DNA of 64,000 nucleotides from an uncultured Acidimicrobiia bacterium. GTDB taxonomy: Bacteria; Acidobacteriota; Terriglobia; Versatilivoradales; Versatilivoraceae. The translations under genes were made by a program, and so were the position numbers. This document shows, in pieces, positions 19,147-29,196 of this stretch. The notes below the pieces were generated by a model. That model saw only the letters and a program-made list of their open reading frames with translations, was not told where the DNA came from and did no database searches. The DNA lies in the NCBI GenBank assembly GCA_963786955.1, contig CAWBAT010000006.1:288001-352000 (forward strand), given 5' to 3'. Every line of letters begins with the position of its first letter. Position 1 is the first letter of the stretch.

Positions 19147-20796
19147 CTAACGGTAAAGTGAGGCTGCAGAGCGAGCAACCCTATTCAAACTAGACCGAAC
19201 TTCATAAAGCAGATCATCCCCAGGTATACTTGGGTCCTGTTGAAGCACGTGATGCCCAAGTGCCATCGCATACTCACTAAATGCAATCTCAAAACACAAC
19301 CGGCGAAAAGCAACGTCTTCAGGTCCACTCGTTTCTAGTGCAGCCTTAACAACAGGGTGATCAAGATTAATTAATATTGTTAGTATAGCCGGATCGTATC
19401 TGGAACGGTCTTCTGTAGAACCCAAGTGCTGATGCTTTACTCGAAAACCGCCCCGCGGCATGCTCTGTTTTGATGATCCCGAGCCAGCACGGTCGACGGT
19501 CCTGTTGCCTTTATCATCTCTTGTAGCAGGTCTGACAAGGCGTGGATCGCTGCGCCCCCCTGAATTGCCAACAACTTTTAACTTATTCCTATTGTCAAAA
19601 CGGCCTGGTTCAGTTCCGCCTTCTATCCACGATTCCTCGCTACCCCCTCCAACCTGAGCACGGCCAGATCGTTGTGCTGCTGCACCCGGCGCAATGGCTG
19701 TCGCCCTTATGTCGGTCAACCGGTCCAGAAGACTTGTAAAATCTTCGTTGAGAACCTCCGCGATTCGGTTAGCCTCAGCGTCAAGCCTTCTGGCCTCCTC
19801 GGTTTTGCGAGCCTCTTTGGCACGCCGAACCAAATCGCTCCTAACCAGTTCTAATTTTGAACCGATGAACCCCAGCAGAACAGCTGCAACAGGATGCTGG
19901 GGATTCAACTGTAGTGACCTAGTAGGATCGAAAGGCTGCAATGGACTGTCAGATCTCTCTAACTCTGGAACGTCTATTTCTCCGAAGAGGTAAGTTCCAA
20001 ACTCTTTGTTCTCGACACCTGCACGCTCTACGGACAAGAGATTTCCGCCACCCGCTGTGATCGTAATACCTTGGTCCGCCTCCCTCAGTGGGGCACGTGC
20101 CACTTTGATAAGCAGCTCAACATCACCGATTACTCGAGCTTGAGATTCGGTTGGCCGGAAAGAGTGGATTGTGTCAATCTCGGGTTCCCGGTAACAGCAA
20201 ACATGGTTATTTACTGCTACCTCCGGCATTAATGCACGGAAAACTTGAAGATGACGCTCGATGTACTCAACGATTGGTTGTGTCCTTATGCGTTCCAGAG
20301 CTATGTCTTCTATAGAGATCATCGTTCCATTAGGTGTACCTACTCTCTCGTTTCGAATTTCCCATACGAGCGGGATGTCCTCTCCATTGGAATTTTCTAT
20401 TTTTTCACGCGTGAGGATAATGACGTTCCTTAGCCCCTTCCGAACTGTGTCGACTCTCAAACATCGAGCGATCCCGAAGGCAGCTGACTTCCCAGTACCG
20501 AACTTGCCTCTTCCTGGTCGACCCCGAAGACGATCAAGGTTCTCGGCATGCATTTTGAAGAAATGTTCCAGGTCCGGTTCATCCATACCGCGACCATTAT
20601 CACTTATTCTAATTATTCGTTGCTGGGGTAAAACGTCCACGACGACTCGAGGGGCAACGTTCCTGTCTACGAATTGAAGACTGTTAACTACGTACTCCCA
20701 CACAGCAGCAGCTTCAGTTTTAAAAGAAGTAGCCGACGCAAGTAGATCGCGACCGACGTGGGATGTGACTTTGATTTCTGCCAAACGCTTTTTCAT
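19147..20796 (-). CDS. GHKL (MORC/HATPase_c_3-like) ATPase
   Basis: EYVVNS (N-box), ISDNGRGM (G1), GKFGTGK (G2), NGT (G3), C-terminal INLDHP. Confidence 0.85.
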   Translation of the reverse strand: MKKRLAEIKVTSHVGRDLLASATSFKTEAAAVWEYVVNSLQFVDRNVAPRVVVDVLPQQRIIRISDNGRGMDEPDLEHFFKMHAENLDRLRGRPGRGKFGTGKSAAFGIARCLRVDTVRKGLRNVIILTREKIENSNGEDIPLVWEIRNERVGTPNGTMISIEDIALERIRTQPIVEYIERHLQVFRALMPEVAVNNHVCCYREPEIDTIHSFRPTESQARVIGDVELLIKVARAPLREADQGITITAGGGNLLSVERAGVENKEFGTYLFGEIDVPELERSDSPLQPFDPTRSLQLNPQHPVAAVLLGFIGSKLELVRSDLVRRAKEARKTEEARRLDAEANRIAEVLNEDFTSLLDRLTDIRATAIAPGAAAQRSGRAQVGGGSEESWIEGGTEPGRFDNRNKLKVVGNSGGRSDPRLVRPATRDDKGNRTVDRAGSGSSKQSMPRGGFRVKHQHLGSTEDRSRYDPAILTILINLDHPVVKAALETSGPEDVAFRRLCFEIAFSEYAMALGHHVLQQDPSIPGDDLLYEVRSSLNRVARSAASLYR

Positions 20797-21407
20797 TTCT
20801 GTCCCTCATTCACACCAAGAAATTTCGCAGCAACATCAAGAAACTCTGCAATGTCAGGATCCTCAATAAATAATCCATGCAACCTTGTGACCTTTGATTG
20901 CCGCAGTGTCTCGTCTGAATAGCTGTCTACGCGGAACAATTCGCGTGCCTCTGCAGGCGTTATCCTCCTGTTGCCAGAAGTCCAGCGTGCCCATGCTGAG
21001 GATGCAAGCAACCTTTCTCTCTCGCGGGTTCTCCTAGTTGAGTCGATTGATTTGAGCATTGACTCCGATCTATGCCTGTCAATCTGAAGGTTTGGCATCT
21101 TGGCCTTCATTGATGTAGCCCATTTCAGCCCCCGAACTGTGAGAGACCAGCCCGTTCGGCCCGAACCAGATATCAAAGCTCCCTTCATCGGCTTTTTTGC
21201 ATCCGAGAGAAATACTCGTACGAGTTCAAGATTGATCTGGTCCGGATACTTTCTCCAAACAAACCGCCCAGGGGCTAGTTCATGTGCTTTAACCGCTATA
21301 TCCTCGGTATCTAGCCGATGCTGGTCCCCACCCAAGACATAAACTGCCCACACTACAGCATCTCTCTGCGATATACTTGTCAAGGATTTTTTCTTGTTTT
21401 TTTTCAT
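20793..21407 (-). CDS. Hypothetical protein, probable winged-helix DNA-binding domain
   Basis: DTEDIAVKAHEL...VRVFLSDAKK...GWSLTVRG resembles a wHTH wing; ATGA overlap with the ATPase. Confidence 0.6.
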   Translation of the reverse strand: MKKNKKKSLTSISQRDAVVWAVYVLGGDQHRLDTEDIAVKAHELAPGRFVWRKYPDQINLELVRVFLSDAKKPMKGALISGSGRTGWSLTVRGLKWATSMKAKMPNLQIDRHRSESMLKSIDSTRRTRERERLLASSAWARWTSGNRRITPAEARELFRVDSYSDETLRQSKVTRLHGLFIEDPDIAEFLDVAAKFLGVNEGQK

Positions 21408-21417
21408 TGACCGAGTA

Positions 21418-21446
21418 ATATTAATGACGGATTAACCGATAGTCAA
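21418..21446 (-). promoter_or_regulatory. Putative sigma70 promoter giving a near-leaderless transcript
   Basis: TTGACT-17 bp-TAATAT, ending 10 nt before the ATG at 21407. Confidence 0.5.
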
Positions 21447-21459
21447 GGAATTTTTGTAT

Positions 21460-23606
21460 ATGAAAGGTATTGCTCAATGGGGCTTTCGACCAACGCCCCT
21501 TCTCCCAGAGATCCTTAGAGATCGCTGGACAGGAGAACTGCCAAAATGGGTCATATCCGAGCTCAACCTGTTACCTGGATCGTCATTCGGTTCATTAGGA
21601 TCCGGTGTCTGGAAGAATTTTTCTGAAGCCGGAGTATCTGGAAGGATCCGCTCATTTCTGATTAGCGCCATAAGGAACCGCCTTGCGGAAGTAAGCGATC
21701 TCTGCCTCATAAATGAAGTATGGCCGAAGAGTTTGCTGCCCCGAGATGTTCCTTGGTCGGCACGTACAAGGAACTGCTTAGAAAAAGAAGGACTTCTCGA
21801 CGACCCAGCGAGACTCGTGAAGCTTAGGGTAAAAGACCTCTTGCGAATTCATGCTTTTGGGGCAGCATCCGTTTTGGATTTGTCTTGCGTAGCTGAAGCG
21901 GTTCTAACAGCAGGGCGGTCTCGTCCTCCTGAGCCTTCTAATGTGGTGGCCGATATTCTCTATTTGATTGAGCATGATTGGGCTGAACAGATCAGTTCTG
22001 ATGACCCGAGATTTGCAGACATAATTCCGGTTGGAAGTGGGAACTCTATGAACGGGTCGATCGGCTGACTGTTGAACCCCAGGATCCGCCATTGGAGGAG
22101 AATGAGCTTGCTGAGGCAATTCCTGCAATTATTAACCGAATTGATCAGATAAGCTCTTTGAGATTGGAAATCGCTATCATTGAATTAGTAAAAAGCATCT
22201 CACATCTTGAAGGCAAGCGCCTCCATGCGCTGGCAAGACGGCTTGGTGTCGATGGGAAGCCACCCGCAACACTTGAGCACGCGGCAAGTTCAATTGGGTT
22301 AACAAGAGAGAGGATGCGCCAGTTGCAGCAAAAATTTGAAGAGCGGCTCCCGAGACACAATCTTTTTCTGCCTCAACTTGACAAAGCAATAAAGCTCATA
22401 GAAGAAAAAGCTCCTTGTTCAAAGAAACATGTTGAAGAGGTAATACAATCGGTAGGGATAACCAATATCAAGTTTGACGTCGAAAGTATTATTGCTGCTG
22501 CTGAATTAATGAAGAGGCCCATTGCATTCGAGCTGGATGGTTCCCTCAGTCGTGTAAGACGACGAGATTCAGCTAAACTAGAACAATCTATTCGATACGT
22601 TTCTCATCGTCAGGCAAGCGCTTCCGGAGTGAGTAATGCCCATGAAGTTGTTGCTGAAATTGAATCATTAGGACTCTCTGTTACTGAGGCAGACGTCCAC
22701 GAATTCCTTCAGTCGTCACATGAGTTCGAATTTCTCGACTCAAACTGGTACTGGTATCCACCAGCCCCGCCTGATAGAAATAGGCTAAGAAACGTATCCA
22801 GGAAAATGCTCTCCGTTTCAGCTGTGATTCCTTTACCCGATCTCAGAGAAGGAATTAGGCGCCATTATCGAGTACGCACCTCTAGAGGACTTGGGACGTG
22901 GCCTCTCATAGTACCTCCGAAGGCTGTTTTGTTGAATTTCTATAAGTCTCATCCAGAGTTCTCTGTTGACTCTGAGGAGACTGTATCTTCTATTGTACCT
23001 TTGGACTATCGCAGGGAACTTAATTCTACTGAACAAATTCTTGTTGATGCTATTCGATCAACTCCAAGCCAGGTCTTAGACAGGGAAAATCTTGCGAGAC
23101 AATGCATTAACCAGCACGGGATGAACGGAAATACTTTCTCGCAATATTTGTACTCAAGCCCTGTGATAAATCATCTCGGCACGGACCTTTGGTCTTTGCG
23201 TGGTATTCGGATAGATCCGGCTTCTGTGGAAGCAGTTCGTCAAGCTAACGCTCTCAGAACCAGAGAAAAACGCATTGTCGACCACGGCTGGACGGAGGAA
23301 GGTGATCTTTGGATTGTCGCGAGGATTCCCCATGAACCGGCCAGGTTCGTACTTGGAATACCTGCACCAATTCGACATATTCTCGGAGAACAAGAATTCG
23401 TTGCAGTTGAGAACACAGGAGTCCCTTCGGGAATTATTCGGACAAACTCCGAAGGAGTTTCTTATGGATATGGGACCTTCCTAATACGTAGGGGCGCTGA
23501 TGAGAATGACTTACTTCTCGCAAAGTTTCGGCTCTCGCAAAAACAGGTCGAGCTTCAGCTTATCGATGACGATGAATTAGAAGAGATGAGTCCAACTCCC
23601 GACTAA
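21460..23606 (+). CDS. About 715-aa protein with an RNAP alpha-CTD-like domain and a sigma70 region-4 HTH (1-nt frameshift near 22040)
   Basis: WSARTRNCLEKEG...DLLRIHAFGAASVLDL (alpha-CTD); RLGVDGKPPATLEHAASSIGLTRERMRQLQ (sigma-4); downstream frame stays open back to the G run at 22039-22041. Confidence 0.8.
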
Positions 23607-23731
23607 CATTTAGTGGCCAAAATATATAGACGACCAGTCCTCCAGGAACGATCATCCTGGCCAACTAGGGCAGTGGCCACCTAACCATTACAACCGTGGC
23701 CGCAGTCTATAGTTACGTTTCCAACGTGACC

Positions 23732-23850
23732 GATCTATTCTAGATCGTGATCGTACGAGACATGTGGCTCACGGGCTTTGACGCGCCGAGCTTGTACACG
23801 ATTTACGCGGAAAAGCCGATGCGCGAACACTGGTTGATGCAATCTGTTGG
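23732..23850 (+). pseudogene. hsdR: Type I restriction endonuclease subunit R remnant
   Basis: [36 protein letters not shown] corresponds to HsdR helicase motifs V-VI, with an in-frame stop. Confidence 0.85.
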
Positions 23851-24101
23851 CATTGTAAATGATCAAGTCGTTACTTGCCTCCGCCTTGATAAAGTGAAAA
23901 TCAGCCCCAGCGCAGGGAACATACTCAGCGACCCAGCCGCCACCTCGATGCTCAAGCTCGTACAAACGCATTATGTATTGTTACGAATTACCCACGCCTC
24001 GCTTTGCTCAGCGTGGCTACCCAAGCGGGATTGTAACGCCAATTTAATGCGTTTGTTTTAGTTCATCGGGCAATCCAACGAAACAGCAAAGGAGAATCTT
24101 C

Positions 24102-25286
24102 ATGCAATCCCACCACACCAACCGTTACAGGGCCGGTCTTATCGCAGCTCTGACATTGCTGTTCTCCTCCCCGGCTATGGCCGCCGATGGCAAGACGGAA
24201 GGGGGCAACGCTGCGGTGGACCCCTTCGTCGGCCTCCAGCCGGGTCTGGGCAGCTTGCCGCTCCTCGGCCGGGGACGCACCCGGTCGATCTCGGCCGAGA
24301 ACCCGACCGGCGAGAAAGGGAAAGGGCGGCATGGCAATCCCCAATCCGACCGAGCCCAAGCCGGCGGCGAGCGCCCGGGCTGCGGACGACCTCGGCCAGG
24401 GTTGGAAAGTCCGGCCTTTCATCCGAGTCAACGCCGGGAAACGGCGGTACTCATGGATGTGGCCGGCCCGGGGATCATCCAGCACATCTGGATGGTCGAA
24501 GGATCTAAACCGCGGCCTTGTCATCCGGTTCTACTGGGATGGCGAAGAGACTCCATCGGTGGAGTCGCCCGTCCCGGACTTCTTCGCCGTGGGCCACGGC
24601 CGGTTCGCGCCGGTGAATTCCCTGGCGGTCGTGGTCAACCCCGCCAACGCCCTGAATTGTTTCTGGCCGATGCCGTTTCGGACGCGCGCCCGGATCACTC
24701 TGACCAATGAAACCGACGAGGATGTTAGTTGGTGGCCTACCAGATCACCTACGTGGAGACCGAGGTCCCTGCCGCGGCTGGCACCTTCCACGCCCAATAT
24801 CGCCGGGCAACGACGGGAGAGCAGAATCCGTACATAATCCTCGATGGCGTGAAGGGACGGGGTCGCTACGTCGGCACATTCCTGGCCTGGACCCAGATGG
24901 AGAAGGGCTGGTTCGGCGAGGGAGAGATCAAGTTCTACATGGACGGTGACGACCGGTTCCCGACGATCTGTGGCACCGGAACCGAGGATTATTCCTGGGC
25001 AGCTACGGCTTCCCCAACCGTTTACGACGGCCTACTCCGGGACGGTCCTGCCAGCTAACGAGAACAACCCACCGCCCAACTTCTGGAGCCTTTACCGTTG
25101 GCACATTCAGGATCCGATCAATTCGAGCAGGATTTGCGGGTAACGATTCAGGCTCTGGGATGGGGCGGACCCCAATACCGAAAGCTCGGGAAAGACGACA
25201 TCTCCTCGGTCGCTTACTGGTACCAGGTTGAGCCCCATGCACCCTTCCCGAAACTCCCAGCTCTCGCCGAGCGGCTCAGGCCATGA
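24102..25286 (+). CDS. DUF2961 / GH172 family glycoside hydrolase, several frameshifts
   Basis: RSISAENPTGEKG, GPGIIQHIWM, RFYWDGEETPSVE, WFGEGEIKFYMDGD, GTGTEDY, SVAYWYQ. Confidence 0.85.
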
Positions 25287-25450
25287 TTGGCGGGGGAAAT
25301 GAGTCGCCTCCCCCCATCGGGAGAGCGTTTCACCGAATCCGAAGACTCCGAGGCGGGGGGATTTCACGCCTGTGAATAGGACATCCCCCGCAGCCTTGCA
25401 TGAAGGCTTCTCAAGCCTTCATCCCCCTTCCAAGGGGGACTTTTTCAATT

Positions 25451-25690
25451 CCCCAGGGCGGCGCGCTCAAGCGCTGGCCCTGGGCTACAATCGGTGGCCC
25501 TTACAGGGCCGAAAAGTGGCTCAGCGTCAGGCGTTCTGGTAACCCCTGTGTCATCCACACAAGACAGTAGCAACAGGCCTCCTGGCCTGTTGTCCGGGGC
25601 CAACGGCCCCGGCTACAACAGCAAAACCCCACGACAGGCGTGGACGCCTGTCGCTACAAAAGACTTTCCGGGGCCAGCGGCCCCGGCTAC
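25451..25690. repeat. REP-like hairpin cluster (types A, C, B, C plus others)
   Basis: Same units as 5960-6133; lies between convergent genes. Confidence 0.85.
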
Positions 25691-25705
25691 AAAAAGCGGT
25701 TGTCG

Positions 25706-26986
25706 CTACTTCAGTAAGAGTCCAGCCTGCTTGCGAAGGTTGAGCTGGTTCTTTTCTTCTTCCAATTTAACATCCAAATATTGTAACCAACGACCGCTCT
25801 CTTCCCGCCGTACTTCTTCCAGCTTGGCAAGTGGAATTTTCCCTTCATCGTAACTGGCTTGGGCAACCTGCAAATTTTCACGAGCAAGCTGAGCCTCCAG
25901 AGCCGCAACCTCTGCTCTGGCTTTAAGAACCTGCAGATTTGCCAATTCGCTTTGCGTCTCCATTCGAATCTGATCGGAGCGTAATTTGATCTTTAGTCTT
26001 GCTTCATCCTGAAGGGCTTGAAGCCGGCGTTTCTCAGGATTCAAGGTCGGGTTAATCAAAGGTACTTGAATCGAGAATCCAATAGTGACGTTATTTCGTT
26101 GAAAGTTGTTAAAGTACTTGTCGTAATTATTAAACGTGCTAAAGAGATCATAGCGTCCGACCAAGTTCACAACCGGACGGAACCAGCCGTTCAAGCCTTC
26201 CTCCGCAACTTGAGACGATTTCTCTTGAAGGCGCAATTGCATGAGGGCTGGATCTCTGTCCAAGGCCGCCAACAGCAATGTCTCTTCTGACCATTCCGCG
26301 GCACTCCCCCCTGGATCCTCCGCTTTCAAGTGTTAAGGAGACGCCCGGCGCCACGCCAGTCGCTTGCCTGAGTTGCTCTTCCAGAAGTTGCAGATTCTTT
26401 TCATTGGTTGTGAGAGTCACTTTAGTCTTTGCCAATTCCAGCTTTGCCCTGGTCAGCTCGCGAGGCTGTGCAACGCCTGCCTCAACCCGGGCTGCGATGA
26501 TTTCGCGCGTTTTTCCAAGGCTTTCCAGTTGAGTTTGGTAATACTGGTGCCGCTCTCGCTGATTCCGTAAATCCAGGAAGATCCGACCGGCTTCCAGCGC
26601 TGCTTTCTGTTGCACGGATTCCACTTCAGCCTGAGAACCTTCTTCCTGAAGTTCAGCAGCATCTGCTTGTTTACGCTGATTACGATCGTAAAGCGTTTGA
26701 ATGTAATTCACATTAAACAAAGAAGGGGCCGCCCCTTCAATACTCAAGGGGAATCCGTAAGTCCCTGCGATACCCGTTCCTACGCTCAAATGGGGACCAA
26801 AAGGCGCTTTTTCCAGATCCCTTCCGGGCAGCGGCAGTCTCATGTGCCTGTTTTGGCTATTTGAACCTGCTGACTCAATTCAGAAGCACGCTCGAGAGTC
26901 CCTTCCAGAGTGAGATTCAAGGACTCAGCTAAACCCAGGCTGGGCAAACTTATCACCATCAACATGAAACCAATGTTCCTATTCAT
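25706..26986 (-). CDS. TolC family outer membrane efflux protein (frameshifted)
   Basis: Helical OEP repeats across ORFs 26148-26843 and 25706-26329; signal peptide from ATG 26986. Confidence 0.8.
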
Positions 26987-28190
26987 ATCTGAGAGCCTCC
27001 ACGGGATTCAGTCGTGAAGCCCGAACCGCAGGCACCATCCCAAAAGTTAATCCCACCCCAAGGGTGACCCCCAAGCCGAGCACAATTGCCAAAGCGGGAA
27101 TCTCGATCCTAACACTGGGGGCAAAAAGTCTTACCAAGTGGGGGACTGTAATTCCCAAAAGGATCCCCACGAGACCTCCACCACCACTCAGAATCAAGGC
27201 TTCAACCAGGAACTCAATGAGCAATACCCTCCGCCTGGCTCCCGCTGCCATTTTGATTCCAATCTCCCTGGTTCTTTCTGTCACCGTAATCAGCATCACG
27301 TTCATGATCCCAATCCCACTCGCCAAGAGAGAGATGCAGGCAATGACTAAGAGAACGAGAGACAGCCCAAGGCTAATCTTATTGGCTGCTTTCAAAATTT
27401 CCGTCAAATTGTCGACTTTGTAAGAAGATTGTTTTCGGTGGCGGAGAGTGAGGAGTTGACGGATTTCCGTGGTTAAAGGGGGCACCCATTCGAGACTTTC
27501 TGCCGAGACATAGATTGCATCCACCGTATCGTTTTGTTTGAAATAGCGGATGACCGACACAGGAATAATCACACTGTGATCTGAAACTTCAGATTCCCCA
27601 AAGGTACTGACCCGCTCACGGAAAACGCCAATGATTGAAAAATTGATTCCATGCAGGGTCAGCGAGCCCTTATAAAAAGGGTCGAGCTGCAATTTGCGAA
27701 AAAGCTGTTCCGTAGCCAGACAGACTTTGCTTCGAGACCGCTCATCCTCCGAATCGATAAATCGACCTTCAAGAACTTGAATACTGCGGACTATCTGGTA
27801 ATCGGGCGTGGTTCCGATCAAGGTAATCATGCGAGGGTTCCCTTTGATTATGACTGAATCATAATCCAGGACCACCGGCGCAGCCTTCCGAACTCCCTCA
27901 TGAATGCCCTGAATGGCCCGGACATCCTCAAAGTTCAGTTTGTCGGAAAGTGTCGTGATGCCGCTCGCCGCTTCAGAAGCCTCATAATAGACATAGATGA
28001 GGTTGGATCCAATGCCTCGAATTTGATCCAGCGTATACTCCCTGCCACTTATCCCGGCGACCACAACCAGAACGAGGGAGGCCGTTCCCATGACCATACT
28101 CAAAGAGGTTAAGGCTGCTCGCCCCCAGTTGCGGCCCAATGCATTAACAGCCGATCGCAGGATTTCAAGAATTGAGAATTTGGGAGTCAC
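26979..28190 (-). CDS. MacB/FtsX-type ABC transporter permease
   Basis: GIGIMNVMLITVTERTREIGIKMAAGA, ASRLNPVEALRYE. Confidence 0.92.
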   Translation of the reverse strand: MTPKFSILEILRSAVNALGRNWGRAALTSLSMVMGTASLVLVVVAGISGREYTLDQIRGIGSNLIYVYYEASEAASGITTLSDKLNFEDVRAIQGIHEGVRKAAPVVLDYDSVIIKGNPRMITLIGTTPDYQIVRSIQVLEGRFIDSEDERSRSKVCLATEQLFRKLQLDPFYKGSLTLHGINFSIIGVFRERVSTFGESEVSDHSVIIPVSVIRYFKQNDTVDAIYVSAESLEWVPPLTTEIRQLLTLRHRKQSSYKVDNLTEILKAANKISLGLSLVLLVIACISLLASGIGIMNVMLITVTERTREIGIKMAAGARRRVLLIEFLVEALILSGGGGLVGILLGITVPHLVRLFAPSVRIEIPALAIVLGLGVTLGVGLTFGMVPAVRASRLNPVEALRYE

Positions 28191-28192
28191 CG

Positions 28193-29196
28193 TTACTTCC
28201 TTTGATTTTTCATTTGTTGCCTGGCTTCCGCCAAGCCTTTTTGCGAAGGAGAATGGGCAGCGAAAAGGTTGAGAGACTTTTCGAATTTGCCGATCGCTTC
28301 CGCCGGTTGATTGAGCTTAAGATAAAGCTCCCCCAGCCAATAGTAAGCCTCAAACGGATAGGGATTTCCCGAAGAATATAATTTCAGGAAAGCCTCCATC
28401 TCACGGCGTCCGCTCTCCAGATTTCCGCCCGACTCGATTTCAAAACGACCGAATTCAAAGTGAGCGACAGCCGATTCTGGAAATACTTGCACGGCTTTTA
28501 ACCATATTTCCCGCGCCCGGTTTACGTTTTTCTTGTCCTGATAGAACTCAGCCAACGCCAATAATCCTGCGCTGCACGGGGGGGTCAGTGCTGCAGCCTT
28601 TTGAAGCGTTGTCTCCGCCTGTTCGAAGGACTTCTCCTGTTCGCGGATCTGGGCCAATTGCACAAGGTAGTAGCAAGGATGCCGATCCTTGATCTCGTCG
28701 ACGAGGGCTGCGGCCTTCTCTTTTCCTCCACCCAGAAATCCGGGGGCTTCTAGATAATAACTGAGGAGGTCGTCACGGGCATCCAGGTCGTTTGGGTCAA
28801 GATCAACGGCAGTCCGGAAGGCATTGTGCGCCTGTCTCGCCAGAAAGGGCGCCCTAAAGGGGATCGCCTGCTCTGCTTTCCTGCCGAGTGCGCGTCCCAG
28901 CCAGAGGAAATACTGGGAGCTGTCCGGCTTGCCTTTCGAAGCTTTTTCCAGCAAATCTGCAGCCTTGTCGATCTCTCCCGACAAATAAGCGAGCTTGCCT
29001 AATAAAAACCACCCTTCAATTCCCTGCCCGTCAGCCGAAAGAGGTTCTAACAAGCGCGGGCCCGGTTAAAGTCGCCATGATTGAACAACGCCTTGGCCTC
29101 ATCAATGCGGTCGGGCAGTGACAAAGTCGTGGCAAGAGCCGGGAATATCAACAGAACTATGCTCAAGGTGAGCACCGCAGTCTTTGGGCTGTTCAT
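28193..29196 (-). CDS. Exported tetratricopeptide repeat protein (frameshift near 29060)
   Basis: TPR-like repeats; YYLEAPGFLGGG. Confidence 0.8.

Noticed and set aside
23614-23702. Four TGGCCR sites within 90 bp downstream of the candidate defence module
   Set aside because: Irregular spacing and a short motif; cannot be distinguished from chance without statistics
23860-23971. Minus-strand peptide [15 protein letters not shown] resembling a HicB N-terminus
   Set aside because: Similarity is too short and is lost immediately
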